A stretch of 64,000 nt of DNA from a virus, in IMG/VR virus record IMGVR_UViG_3300014208_000033, positions 43,669-107,668 of that record, one strand, 5' to 3'. Positions within the stretch are counted from its first letter, which is position 1, and each line of letters opens with the position of its first letter. The notes under the pieces are model-generated. The model saw only the letters and a program-made list of their open reading frames with translations. It did not search any database and was not told the origin of the DNA. Of this stretch, positions 1 to 9,370 are shown one piece after another. The position numbers and the translations under genes are program-made.

Positions 1-185
1 GCGTGGACGGCTCGCGCGTGCTGCTGCGCGGCGCGGCGGCGGTGGCTATCACGGTGGACGAGGCGGGGAACATCCTCGTGCCGGGGGCGTCCATCACCAT
101 CGACAACACGGGAGATACGGCAGAGTTCATCTACTCGGGCGGGATTACCAAGTGGGTCATGATCAGCGCAGCGGATAACAACTAG
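1..185 (+). CDS. C-terminal end of a truncated virion/tail-fibre-like protein
   Basis: ORF runs off the left edge; beta-rich Gly/Thr/Ile sequence ending ...TAEFIYSGGITKWVMIS; lies upstream of lysis genes; visibly more GC-rich than the rest of the window. Confidence 0.4.
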   Translation, partial: VDGSRVLLRGAAAVAITVDEAGNILVPGASITIDNTGDTAEFIYSGGITKWVMISAADNN

Positions 186-306
186 CCCCCAACGAGGGGA
201 ACGCATCTGTAAGATCGTAACGGATGACCGTTGCTGAGATTACGAATTTTCGGAATGTGGTAAGAAATGGGAACACATTAAAAGCGTAACTGATAAGGAG
301 ATCAAA

Positions 307-411
307 ATGAGTGTTGTTGATCATGGCTCGCAGGGTATCGTGAAGTTCGTTGTGGTCGTGTTGGCTGTTATGGCTTGTCTCTATTTCTACTTCGGCTATC
401 TTCCTAAGTAG
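307..411 (+). CDS. 34-aa single-transmembrane peptide (not in ORF track)
   Basis: TAAGGAG RBS at 294-300, ATG at 307, MSVVDHGSQGIVKFVVVVLAVMACLYFYFGYLPK*, followed by a strong hairpin. Confidence 0.6.
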   Translation: MSVVDHGSQGIVKFVVVVLAVMACLYFYFGYLPK

Positions 412-429
412 TTAGTAGAACATTAAACA

Positions 430-459
430 TCTCCCGGTAGGACTAACACTACCGGGAGA
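430..459 (+). terminator. Stem-loop downstream of the small peptide gene
   Basis: TCTCCCGGTAG-gactaaca-CTACCGGGAGA, perfect 11-bp stem; no clear U-tract. Confidence 0.45.
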
Positions 460-478
460 AGTAGAAAGGTAAAAGGAG

Positions 479-847
479 ATGATAGACCAAGAAGTAATTA
501 GTCTAATAAACACTTTCATGAATAGATTAGAAAAAATGAATGATCGATTTGCAGAAGATGATAAAGTGATGGCTGAAAAAATAGCTGATATTAGTAAGAA
601 CTCAGCTTTAACTGCACAAGCTCTTGCTGTTATGCAGACAACTCATGTTAGTTGCATGGCGTTAAGAGAAAAAGAAGCTATCGCTAAAGCAGCGGCAGAA
701 AAAGATAAAGCTGAAGAAGATAAGAAGAATACTGACTTCAGAGAGAAACATGAATTGTATGGATCATTGAAAATGAAGTTTGTGAACATTGCTGGTTCAC
801 TTGTTCTTATGGTTATTGGTGCGCTACTTGGAAAGTATCTTGGATGA
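479..847 (+). CDS. Holin-like/XhlA-like membrane protein (coiled coil + C-terminal TM helix)
   Basis: AAGGAG RBS; C-terminal hydrophobic segment IAGSLVLMVIGALLG; upstream of endolysin. Confidence 0.5.
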   Translation: MIDQEVISLINTFMNRLEKMNDRFAEDDKVMAEKIADISKNSALTAQALAVMQTTHVSCMALREKEAIAKAAAEKDKAEEDKKNTDFREKHELYGSLKMKFVNIAGSLVLMVIGALLGKYLG

Positions 848-1707
848 TAGAAGAAAAAGCACCCTCACTTGACCAAATGATTGATGGTCTTGATAAGACA
901 AAAGAACTACATGAGTCCATCGAGAAACGACCTGTCCACTTTGAGATTTACGAAAAATCGGAACAGGCTATATGGATTTTCTTATCTGACTTACACCTTG
1001 GCGCAAGAGGGGTGGATTACAAATACTTCAAGTCGATAGTAACTCTCTTGCGGAAGAACCTTAATATTAAGGTAGCTATGGTTGGAGACTTGTATGATAA
1101 CTTCCTTCATTTCGTGTCTTTACGAGGAGCTAATGACTCTGTTGCCCCTCCTTCAGTTCAGATAGATATGATAATGTCTTTTCTTGAGGAACTTGATGCT
1201 AGAGATCAGCTTCGTATAGTTGGTCTTGGTAATCATGATTTGATCCGAGAAGAAAAAGCAGTTGGGTATTCAGTCATAAAGAAGATATCAGATTCATCGA
1301 TTAGATCGAAGATACTTGAGGGTAAAGGCAGAATAGCTCTTTCAGTTGGTAAAGATAAGAAGTCTGCTGAGTTGTATCAGATCATCATGACTCATCAAGC
1401 TGCTGGTCATTCGATTTATAACCCAGTTCATGGCGCGATGAGAATTGCTAGAATGGAAGGGCACCCTGACGTAGTAGTTACTGCCCATACTCATAATCCA
1501 GCTATGATGATCTACAAAGAAGCTGGTAAAGATATCATAGCCATTAAGTGCGGAACGTTCAAGACTAAAGACGCCTACTCTGAGTATTTCTATTGTAACG
1601 GTAAGATCGGCATACCGTGCATTGTGTTCTGTTCACATGAGCATAAGATGATACCGTTTGGAAACCCCGAAGACTTATTGGTTTATATGAGGGGAATGAA
1701 GAAATGA
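844..1707 (+). CDS. Calcineurin-like metallophosphoesterase
   Basis: Motifs SDLHLG, GDLYD, GNHD, AHTH. Confidence 0.85.
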   Translation: MIEEKAPSLDQMIDGLDKTKELHESIEKRPVHFEIYEKSEQAIWIFLSDLHLGARGVDYKYFKSIVTLLRKNLNIKVAMVGDLYDNFLHFVSLRGANDSVAPPSVQIDMIMSFLEELDARDQLRIVGLGNHDLIREEKAVGYSVIKKISDSSIRSKILEGKGRIALSVGKDKKSAELYQIIMTHQAAGHSIYNPVHGAMRIARMEGHPDVVVTAHTHNPAMMIYKEAGKDIIAIKCGTFKTKDAYSEYFYCNGKIGIPCIVFCSHEHKMIPFGNPEDLLVYMRGMKK

Positions 1708-2198
1708 AATTCATGGAGATCAAGGAGATTGAAGAAACTTACGGTAAAATCGAATATGATAATCTTGATGGTGGTTGGGTTAGAATAACTAACTCATTTG
1801 AGAAGCTTAACATCATCAGGAAAGACTTCCCGTTGGTTGGTAAGAAAGCAGTTCATAAACTGATAGTTCCTGCATTGAACAAAGCGTTGCATGTCATAGA
1901 GCGAAGTTCGATGTTCGATACTAACTTTGAGTACATCGTAGATTTCCAGACATTCGCTCCTAGACATGTGATGAATAACCCTAAAGCTAGATTATCCTGC
2001 CACTCATACGGTATAGCCTTTGATATCAACCCTAGCGAAAATATGCCGGGGGTGAAAGACTATAAGATACCTAAAGTCATCGTAGATACATTTGAGAATG
2101 TTGGGTTCATATGGGGTGGCAGAATGAAAATAAAAGACTGGATGCATTTTGAGGTGTCCAGAGAGTTCATTGATTTTGCTGAACGTTGGAAAGGCTGA
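1704..2198 (+). CDS. Endolysin, peptidase M15 family (L-Ala-D-Glu/D,D-peptidase-like)
   Basis: SCHSYGIAFDIN, GFIWGG and DWMHFE zinc-binding motifs. Confidence 0.85.
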   Translation: MKFMEIKEIEETYGKIEYDNLDGGWVRITNSFEKLNIIRKDFPLVGKKAVHKLIVPALNKALHVIERSSMFDTNFEYIVDFQTFAPRHVMNNPKARLSCHSYGIAFDINPSENMPGVKDYKIPKVIVDTFENVGFIWGGRMKIKDWMHFEVSREFIDFAERWKG

Positions 2199-2202
2199 TT
2201 TA

Positions 2203-2520
2203 ATGGGCTTCCGTGATATCTACGTTCAGTTCATGGAAGAGAAACGAAAAAAGACTGAGATAGCTAAGAAGAAGAATCAAGAGAACACATTAGAAAAGAT
2301 ACGCAATGAAAGTAATACCAAAAAGAAGGAGGATCAAAACAAGAGGTTAGAGAAAAGTAGAGGAACGGGTAAACAGAAAAAGAAGAAGCGAAAGATGATC
2401 GAGTGCTTTGAGTGTGGTGGCTCTGGTGTTGGTGACAACGAAGTGATCTGTCAAGAATGTGGCGGGTCTGGTCTGAACAAAGAAAGGGTTGAAGAAAATG
2501 GATTGGCAGAAAATCGCTGA
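2203..2520 (+). CDS. Basic protein with DnaJ-type zinc finger
   Basis: Two CxxCGGSG repeats (CFECGGSG, CQECGGSG); start moved to the MGFRD ATG. Confidence 0.5.
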   Translation: MGFRDIYVQFMEEKRKKTEIAKKKNQENTLEKIRNESNTKKKEDQNKRLEKSRGTGKQKKKKRKMIECFECGGSGVGDNEVICQECGGSGLNKERVEENGLAENR

Positions 2521-2968
2521 GTATTTTCTCCCGGCGCTTCTGGCACTTGTGTATACTCTTGCTGCCAAGTATGCTAGTGGTGCTGTTGGCAATTTACTTG
2601 AGAAGGTTGTTGAGCTTCTGATTAGCGCAAAGATGAAGGTTAATGAGAACAAAGTCCTTGCGTTCACGAAGTTCGATGATTATATCTTCGATAAGATTAG
2701 TTCAGTGGTGCTCGCGGTGAAAGACTCTTATGTTGACGATATCAAGGCGGCTTCGGCTGATGGGAAACTCACTGAGGTCGAGGCTAAGGCAATTACTGAG
2801 AAAGCCATTGAGATGTTCAAGGCGTCACTCACTAAGGACGAGTTGAAGAATCTCCAGAGTGTTGTCGGTGACGATATCAAGGCTTATCTCGCTAGCAAAA
2901 TTCCTCAGGTGTACTCACAGGTTAAGTCGGCTATGAAGGCTGATGTTCCTGTGGTCCCTCAGGCGTAG
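2498..2968 (+). CDS. Holin-like protein
   Basis: N-terminal TM helix, ADGKLTEVEAK segment, position downstream of endolysin. Confidence 0.55.
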   Translation: MDWQKIAEYFLPALLALVYTLAAKYASGAVGNLLEKVVELLISAKMKVNENKVLAFTKFDDYIFDKISSVVLAVKDSYVDDIKAASADGKLTEVEAKAITEKAIEMFKASLTKDELKNLQSVVGDDIKAYLASKIPQVYSQVKSAMKADVPVVPQA

Positions 2969-2994
2969 CAACGGTTGGGGGCGCCGCGTTACAA

Positions 2995-3303
2995 GTGGCG
3001 GCTGCTGTTGCTACTACAGCCCTTGAGGATAGAGACTTAGTAGGTGAGTTCAAAAATAGGTTATCTACTAAAACTGCTGAGTATAGGCAGAACATCAAAA
3101 CTGGAAAAGGTATGACCGGAGCTATCATTGATGCTGCAACTGGTATCCCTGCTTCGATAGGTAAAGTCAGGTCAGCCCCGAAGAAGCACAGACCCTTAGT
3201 TGCCTTACGCGAGGCTGGTAGACTTTACGGGAGAATTCAGTTAGGCCCTTTGTGGTTTTTAGGTGAAGCGATTACTAAAGCTCTCAGAAAAAAACGTCGG
3301 TAA
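2995..3303 (+). CDS. Hypothetical protein
   Basis: Last + strand ORF before the terminator; start uncertain. Confidence 0.35.
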   Translation: MAAAVATTALEDRDLVGEFKNRLSTKTAEYRQNIKTGKGMTGAIIDAATGIPASIGKVRSAPKKHRPLVALREAGRLYGRIQLGPLWFLGEAITKALRKKRR

Positions 3304-3346
3304 AAAATTAACCCCCCAGGCCATTCGGCTGCCTGGGGGGTTTTTC
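3302..3346. terminator. Bidirectional intrinsic terminator between convergent arms
   Basis: A-tract, CCCCCCAGGC-loop-GCCTGGGGGG, T-tract; convergent stop codons on both sides. Confidence 0.85.
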
Positions 3347-3604
3347 TTACGTCTTACGCTCTTTGTCATATTCTCTTATGACGAGCATCATTCTCTTACC
3401 GCACTTGGTACAGTCCTTACGCTCTATCTTCGTCATAAGAGTATCTAGGCTTTCCTTGAGGCTACGCACCTTACACTTACGGCACACATGAAAGTAGTCT
3501 ATGACGTAGCGCCGCTTGGTGATGTTTTTACGAATTTTCGGAGCGGCTGAAAGTGATGGAACAGTCTCAAACTTGGTGCGCTTCGTGAGTTTGTTCTTCT
3601 TCAA
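3347..3604 (-). CDS. Small zinc-ribbon protein
   Basis: CRKC...CTKC. Confidence 0.5.
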   Translation of the reverse strand: MKKNKLTKRTKFETVPSLSAAPKIRKNITKRRYVIDYFHVCRKCKVRSLKESLDTLMTKIERKDCTKCGKRMMLVIREYDKERKT

Positions 3605-4920
3605 GTAGTTGCCGCCTTAGCCATGAGCATTCCAGTTACAGCAGCAGAAACTATTGACCCCGAAAGTCCAGCACCGTCACCGATGAAGTAATACCCCTTA
3701 GCGATCTTCGATTCAAAGTTCTTATCAACGTCGAGCTTAAGAGCCTGGAATTTGATCTCAGGTCCGTAGAGTAAAGTGTTGTTACCATCGTTAATCCCAG
3801 GAGCAAGATGATCAAGACGAGAGAGGTAATCTTCGATAGCTGACGTGATGGGATGATGAAACCCTAAGTGAATATCTCCAGGTATGCAGTTCTTGAAAGT
3901 GCGCTTCACATTTGAGAGATTCAACCTGTAAGTGTTAGTCCTCTTACGGTTACGGAAATCCTCTAACCTCTGCACGATTGGAGAGCCACCACCAAGGATA
4001 TCAAACAGCTTCGCAATACCCTTTGCGTATTCGGTCGTGTTACTGCATGGCTTAGTAAGAGCCATCTTTACAAGAATAGCGAAATTACAGTTCTTGCTTT
4101 TCTTGTTAGCACAAGCATGACCGTTGACAAGATTGAATCCATCGTGACGTTCGTTAACAACAAAACCGAGAGGATTAACACAATAAGACCTGACGTTATA
4201 ATCACCGTACTGAGATGAAATCTTGAAGCAGTATTGGATATCAGTAAGTGGTTTGGTGATTTCATCAAGAGTCTCTAACCTGATTCCCATGTCAATAGGT
4301 CGATGAGTGCCAGTAACAAGATTATCGCATATTGCATAATCAATAGTCTTGAAACCGCACCGACCAACAGCATAGACTGTTTTCTTAGCGAATTCTCTAG
4401 TTTGAGTACACAATGAATTGTTGTTAAATAACATAGTAACACCAAGAGACTTCAACTCTTCTTCAGCGTTCTTCATGGTGTTGACCATCTTATCAGAACC
4501 AATGTGCATCTCATTGAACGTCGTGAGCTTCATCCCATACTTCAAGCAGTTATACGCAAGAGTTTCCTTGGCTTGGGATGACTCAACGATTGGAGTTACA
4601 CCAGACCATTCAATGAATTGGCGCTTCACTTCTGAGATACATTCGTTGATCGTTTTCTCATCAGCGTATTCGTAAAGGTCACAGCCACTCTGTGCTGAGA
4701 AGATAAGTTTACCGTCTGACTTACCACCAGCACCACCGAACCCGCTCAAGATGTTACAAGGGTTACACTTACATTCAGAATTTTCTGAACCCTTGTGGCA
4801 GATACGCTTATCGATTGGATTACCCTTGTCGATGATTATGACTGACTTACCGGCTCTTGCTAAGTGTAATGCAGCAAAGATACCAGCAGGACCAGCACCA
4901 ACGATACAATAGTCTTTCAT
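3601..4920 (-). CDS. FAD-dependent oxidoreductase (COG2509-like)
   Basis: N-terminal VGAGPAG Rossmann motif, GFGGAGGKSDGK, C-terminal IGDGAGLSGSIVSAA. Confidence 0.85.
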   Translation of the reverse strand: MKDYCIVGAGPAGIFAALHLARAGKSVIIIDKGNPIDKRICHKGSENSECKCNPCNILSGFGGAGGKSDGKLIFSAQSGCDLYEYADEKTINECISEVKRQFIEWSGVTPIVESSQAKETLAYNCLKYGMKLTTFNEMHIGSDKMVNTMKNAEEELKSLGVTMLFNNNSLCTQTREFAKKTVYAVGRCGFKTIDYAICDNLVTGTHRPIDMGIRLETLDEITKPLTDIQYCFKISSQYGDYNVRSYCVNPLGFVVNERHDGFNLVNGHACANKKSKNCNFAILVKMALTKPCSNTTEYAKGIAKLFDILGGGSPIVQRLEDFRNRKRTNTYRLNLSNVKRTFKNCIPGDIHLGFHHPITSAIEDYLSRLDHLAPGINDGNNTLLYGPEIKFQALKLDVDKNFESKIAKGYYFIGDGAGLSGSIVSAAVTGMLMAKAATT

Positions 4921-4923
4921 TGT

Positions 4924-5148
4924 TTAATCGCAATCTTCAGTAATTACTAATTGGTATTTGAAACCATGTTCTCTACAGATTTTTACTATCTGAGAGATTT
5001 TGTAATCCTTCGTTTGTATCTTCCTTAAGTTGAACTTGTTTATATCCTCACTGAAGTCTAACTTCATTTTCTCAATCCAATACTCATCGGTACTCTCGGC
5101 TTCCTCTTGTAATTTCTTGAATGACTTGTAATCGAATTTCTTTTTCAT
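4924..5148 (-). CDS. Hypothetical protein
   Basis: Tightly packed ORF in operon. Confidence 0.5.
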   Translation of the reverse strand: MKKKFDYKSFKKLQEEAESTDEYWIEKMKLDFSEDINKFNLRKIQTKDYKISQIVKICREHGFKYQLVITEDCD

Positions 5149-5323
5149 CAGTATTCATACCACCAGTCTTTACCTTTTAGGATGCCTTTAAGGAAAGCAA
5201 CTTGTTCTTCCAGTGTCTTAAAGTTTCCAATCAATTCACGAACTTGATTTCTGAACTCATCAACGAACGGGAAGTTTCTATTTGATGGAGAATTGGCTTC
5301 TGCAATCTGATCTATCAACTCTT

Positions 5324-6154
5324 TCATTTGCTTCCATCACATGTCTGTCTCGGGAACAACTCAGGGTATTTCTTCTTCATCTTTATGTTAGCGTTTCGCC
5401 AGTAATCCTCGGCGTTATTCGGCAAGTCATTAGCAGTAACATGCTTTGTGTGCCATATGAAATTACTCTGATCTATCCAGACACCATAACCCTTCTCACC
5501 AGCCCGATAACAATAGTCGATATCTTCACCTGAGAGTGGGAACTCTTTGTCATCGAGTAACCCAACCTCTTTCAGACAATCGTTGCTGATGAACATAGCA
5601 AATCCTGTAATCCATAACACCCTACGAGGGATTACTTTGTTCATTCCCCACGAATACCCAAAGCACTCCTGCATAGCCGTTCGTGTCTGCATCTTCGTGA
5701 GGTCTTTAGCGTCACAGATATGTGTCTGCTGCAAGCCAGCAGCCCGATTAGTCATCGGCCCAACTATCCCAACCTTTGCGTATCGCTTGATGATGTTATA
5801 CTGCTTGACGATCTTGGTTAAGAAGTGGTCATGAACAATTACGTCGTTGTTCAGTAACAACACATCTTCGTTAGTAACTTCTTTGAGAACTTTGTTATTA
5901 CCCTTAGCGAACATCAAGTTCTCTTCGCTACGGATAACCTCTACATTATACTGACGAGGTGGCATGTCAGTCAACTTAGTGTTGTAAGTGAACTTCTCTT
6001 TTGAACCGTTGTCAAGAATACTGAGTTGAACTTTGTTGTAGTACAAAGTGTTCTTGAGAAGTTCGTTGATAGCGAAGTGAAGTGAGTATAACATCTTGTC
6101 TGTATCTTCAAAGTGGTTGCAGACAAGAGTAATGATTTTGAGTCTGTTTGACAT
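5324..6154 (-). CDS. Glycosyltransferase family 2
   Basis: ILDNGS, NLMFAKGNN, LLLNND, EDIDYCYRA motifs. Confidence 0.9.
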   Translation of the reverse strand: MSNRLKIITLVCNHFEDTDKMLYSLHFAINELLKNTLYYNKVQLSILDNGSKEKFTYNTKLTDMPPRQYNVEVIRSEENLMFAKGNNKVLKEVTNEDVLLLNNDVIVHDHFLTKIVKQYNIIKRYAKVGIVGPMTNRAAGLQQTHICDAKDLTKMQTRTAMQECFGYSWGMNKVIPRRVLWITGFAMFISNDCLKEVGLLDDKEFPLSGEDIDYCYRAGEKGYGVWIDQSNFIWHTKHVTANDLPNNAEDYWRNANIKMKKKYPELFPRQTCDGSK

Positions 6155-6161
6155 GTTTTCC

Positions 6162-7055
6162 TTAGAGTAAAAAGTCGAATGAGAGTATAATGGACAGAAC
6201 TTTCTTTACTGTGTTGATTGTAATCTCTTCAATTGGAAGAAGGATATTCTTCTTTATGTTCTGCAACTGCTTAGGAAACCAAGCTTCAATTGGATTAGCG
6301 TTTTCCCATGTCTTATCGAATAGAAACACCGTAGGTGTCTTAGACAAGAAACCGATGTTCTTGAGTCCGTTATCGAAACAGAAGAAAATCTTAGCTTTGT
6401 CAATGATGGAGTTAACTTCAATTAGAGAAGTCTGACCACAAAGATTGATGAGTCTAAAACTCTTGAAGTTAAGTTTATCAAACTCTTCCTTCTTACCACC
6501 TAAGAAGAGTATTGGTAAGTCCGTTTCATGAAGAAGAATATTGATCAAGAGTTTGAACTTATCCTTTGACTTCTCATGTTGAAAACTCTTGTTAGAGTTA
6601 CCAGTGAGTGATACACAAATATACTCTTTGAATGGAAGATCAATTTCCTGAGTCTTAAGATGAATTGAAGTGTAGTCTATAGGATCATTGAGCTTAAGTA
6701 CATTATCAGCATCATGAATCTTTAACTCGTATTCGTCCTTGTAAACATGATTAAGTATCATGTCAGGTAAACGGTTAAAGAAATGGACACACTGTTCTTT
6801 CATCTTATCTGTGATGATGTTCTTGTTATTTGAAACGTCATCAAAGTCAATCTTGAGAATTCGTTGAACTTTGTGATTCAGACCAAGGATGAGATCAGTA
6901 AGTTCAAGAACCTTCTTAGGCTGTAACGGGCCTGAGTAGATTAAGTTCACCCCATCAAAAGTTGGGAACTCTTGATTGAGATATTGTTTCATTATCGGGA
7001 ACAGTATGAGGAGATCGCCTACTGCCCCTCGCATCCACACTATAGGATTATTCAT
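6162..7055 (-). CDS. Glycosyltransferase family 9 (heptosyltransferase-like)
   Basis: N-terminal GAVGDLL, LINLCGQTSL, DNGLKN, TPTVFLF motifs. Confidence 0.8.
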   Translation of the reverse strand: MNNPIVWMRGAVGDLLILFPIMKQYLNQEFPTFDGVNLIYSGPLQPKKVLELTDLILGLNHKVQRILKIDFDDVSNNKNIITDKMKEQCVHFFNRLPDMILNHVYKDEYELKIHDADNVLKLNDPIDYTSIHLKTQEIDLPFKEYICVSLTGNSNKSFQHEKSKDKFKLLINILLHETDLPILFLGGKKEEFDKLNFKSFRLINLCGQTSLIEVNSIIDKAKIFFCFDNGLKNIGFLSKTPTVFLFDKTWENANPIEAWFPKQLQNIKKNILLPIEEITINTVKKVLSIILSFDFLL

Positions 7056-7923
7056 GATCTAGAATATGTGTGTTATAAAACGACGATAAGAACATTTCAT
7101 CATCATGATATCTATCAGAAACTTCACAGAAAGAAGCAGAAGGTGTATCAATAATTCTAGGTGCTTCAGAAGGGTGATACTTCCAAGGTTCTTTTGAATT
7201 CGACATAACATAAGTCTTATACCACTGGAAATACCAATCAAGGTACTTAGAATAAGTCGGATGATCTTTTCGGATCTCACTGAAGAACAATGACTTCAAA
7301 AACACCTGATTATCATCAACGTAGCAGAAATGATCACAAAGAGGATGACCAATGATAGAAGCAGGACGTGAGTATTGCTCTTTCTCATTACCAATAGCGG
7401 GAGGTCGATGATCTAAGAAATTCCAATTCTCGTTAACCTTGAAAATCCTAGCAGGGTGATCTTCCCAAACCCCACCGTAAAGCCTCTTGTAATTAATCCA
7501 ATACTTATTCTGCTTGATTGGAGCGATGTTAGGCTGAACAGCCTTAACCATCTGCTTGATCTCTAACATCGCTTCATCGGTGTACCACTCGTCTGCATCA
7601 ATCTGCATGAGGTAATCCATGCCATCATAAGCAGCTTCAGCATATGCAGCTTGACACATCTCAAGCTTCTCTGAGAAGTACCCTTCGGTTAATTGCATAA
7701 TAGTGCATGTTCCACCTTCAAGATTTTTGTATGGCATAGTCTTAGGTTCAGTGTACTTAACCGGGACGACTATACCAAAATGATCATGAAGTGCTTTAAT
7801 CTGAGGCTCAACAAATCCATAGACGACATACCACTTATCAAAGTGTTTATGAAGGCGATTGTAATTTCTTGTGAACCACTCTATCGTAGCTGGATACACA
7901 AGTGAGAAAGCTGAGAACTTCAT
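7048..7923 (-). CDS. GT-A fold glycosyltransferase (GT2-like)
   Basis: DYLMQIDADEW DxD motif; RIFK segment. Confidence 0.7.
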   Translation of the reverse strand: MKFSAFSLVYPATIEWFTRNYNRLHKHFDKWYVVYGFVEPQIKALHDHFGIVVPVKYTEPKTMPYKNLEGGTCTIMQLTEGYFSEKLEMCQAAYAEAAYDGMDYLMQIDADEWYTDEAMLEIKQMVKAVQPNIAPIKQNKYWINYKRLYGGVWEDHPARIFKVNENWNFLDHRPPAIGNEKEQYSRPASIIGHPLCDHFCYVDDNQVFLKSLFFSEIRKDHPTYSKYLDWYFQWYKTYVMSNSKEPWKYHPSEAPRIIDTPSASFCEVSDRYHDDEMFLSSFYNTHILDHE

Positions 7924-8783
7924 ATCATATACCTTTCACAAGTACAACAGTGTTCGATGTGTTCTTGCTTAGTCATTCTATTTCGGATCTCATTCATTCT
8001 AACCCCATTGAAAGCTTCATAGATATTCCCATAGAAAGGAGCATCAAAGAAGTCTCCAAAGGTACACTTAGCATTCAAATCAGCACAGCACTTACCAACT
8101 TGCCAGTTAGAATACAGAACGAGTGTATTGAAAGGGAACGAACACTGTTTCGGGTACTGATAGTTACAATTATCAGTAGGTCCATTATCCCAATTATGAG
8201 TCTTACGAACATATGTTCGAGAATTGAGAAACATTATTTCATTATACGCTTGAATTAAATTCACATCTGGAACATCATACATTATTCCATTAGGAATGAT
8301 AGACTGAATAACGGTCTTAATGTTCTTAGACTCATACACTCTCTCGCAATGGTCCTTGATCCTAAGAGCTATATTTCCACGGTTCCTGATACCGCGCGTA
8401 AGCTCATAAGTATTCTCATCGTAACCGTCGAGAGAGAAGCTAATAGTGGTTACAGATTTGTCGTTAGGGAGCGACTTGAGGTGTTCCGAAAATTCGGAAC
8501 GCCACAGAGAGCCGTTAGTGTGAACTAAGCAGTTATAACCTAAGATGTTACAGATTGAAATGAACTTCAAGAAATCAGGATGGGTTGTAGGCTCACCAGA
8601 AAGAAACAGTCTAATCTCAGGAAGATTCTCAGGGTGCTCGATCTTATATCGCTCAAGCACCTCATGAAAAATCTCAGGGTCCATAAAATGAACTAGTCGC
8701 TTTTTCTCGTCACCACAGATACGGCAGTTGTAATTACAGCCGTTAGTGATCTCAAAGTTGACTACCTGTAACTGAGACTTCAC
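7920..8783 (-). CDS. Radical SAM protein with SPASM/twitch domain
   Basis: CNYNCRIC, SGEPT, HTNG, FSLDG; C-terminal C..PF...CC...CCTC. Confidence 0.9.
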   Translation of the reverse strand: MKSQLQVVNFEITNGCNYNCRICGDEKKRLVHFMDPEIFHEVLERYKIEHPENLPEIRLFLSGEPTTHPDFLKFISICNILGYNCLVHTNGSLWRSEFSEHLKSLPNDKSVTTISFSLDGYDENTYELTRGIRNRGNIALRIKDHCERVYESKNIKTVIQSIIPNGIMYDVPDVNLIQAYNEIMFLNSRTYVRKTHNWDNGPTDNCNYQYPKQCSFPFNTLVLYSNWQVGKCCADLNAKCTFGDFFDAPFYGNIYEAFNGVRMNEIRNRMTKQEHIEHCCTCERYMI

Positions 8784-9370
8784 AACTTCACCGCTTCAAT
8801 CCTGAAACAAGGCTCATCCTTTGCGTGATAGTCTGTTCCATCAGAGACGTTAGTGACCTTGAGATTAAGCTTTCCAAACATTTCGATGAGTTCCCACCGG
8901 CTGAATCCCCAGGTATGAACATCACCGATGTTACGGTCAAGTCCGTAGAAGTGCTTCTTCAAATTCCATGTAGCCTTAGTATCGTTGTAAGCGCATGCAT
9001 CATAATACTTATAGACCAACTTATCGAAATCAGGAACTTCGATAACAAGAGTTCCTCCTACCTTCAAGAACTTAATCCACTTGATCAGGATATCTTCAGT
9101 ACAGGTGTTGTACTGGCTCTGACAGTTGTTACGCGGGCGCCCAAGATGCTCAAGTGCATGATAAGACGAAATCTCATCAGCCACTTCATAGTCCCTCTGG
9201 AAGAACTTATAGAGGTTTTTGAGTGTAGTGATGTTGTCACAGAGGAAATAGTTAGGTGGCTTCATATCAGCCAACATAGGCTTAATGTCCACGTTCACAT
9301 AACCGTTCATGTAACAGGCACCAGAGCCGAAGTTAAACTTTCGCGGGACGGTTCGCAATAACTCGTTCAT
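8780..9370 (-). CDS. SAM-dependent methyltransferase (Methyltransf_11-like)
   Basis: NFGSG, YVNVD, HALEHL, LKVGG..IEVPD; start moved to MNELL. Confidence 0.8.
   Translation of the reverse strand: MNELLRTVPRKFNFGSGACYMNGYVNVDIKPMLADMKPPNYFLCDNITTLKNLYKFFQRDYEVADEISSYHALEHLGRPRNNCQSQYNTCTEDILIKWIKFLKVGGTLVIEVPDFDKLVYKYYDACAYNDTKATWNLKKHFYGLDRNIGDVHTWGFSRWELIEMFGKLNLKVTNVSDGTDYHAKDEPCFRIEAVKL

Noticed and set aside
844-1707. Metallophosphoesterase in the lysis module as a novelty
   Set aside because: Such phosphoesterases are common near phage lysis genes and nothing distinctive was seen
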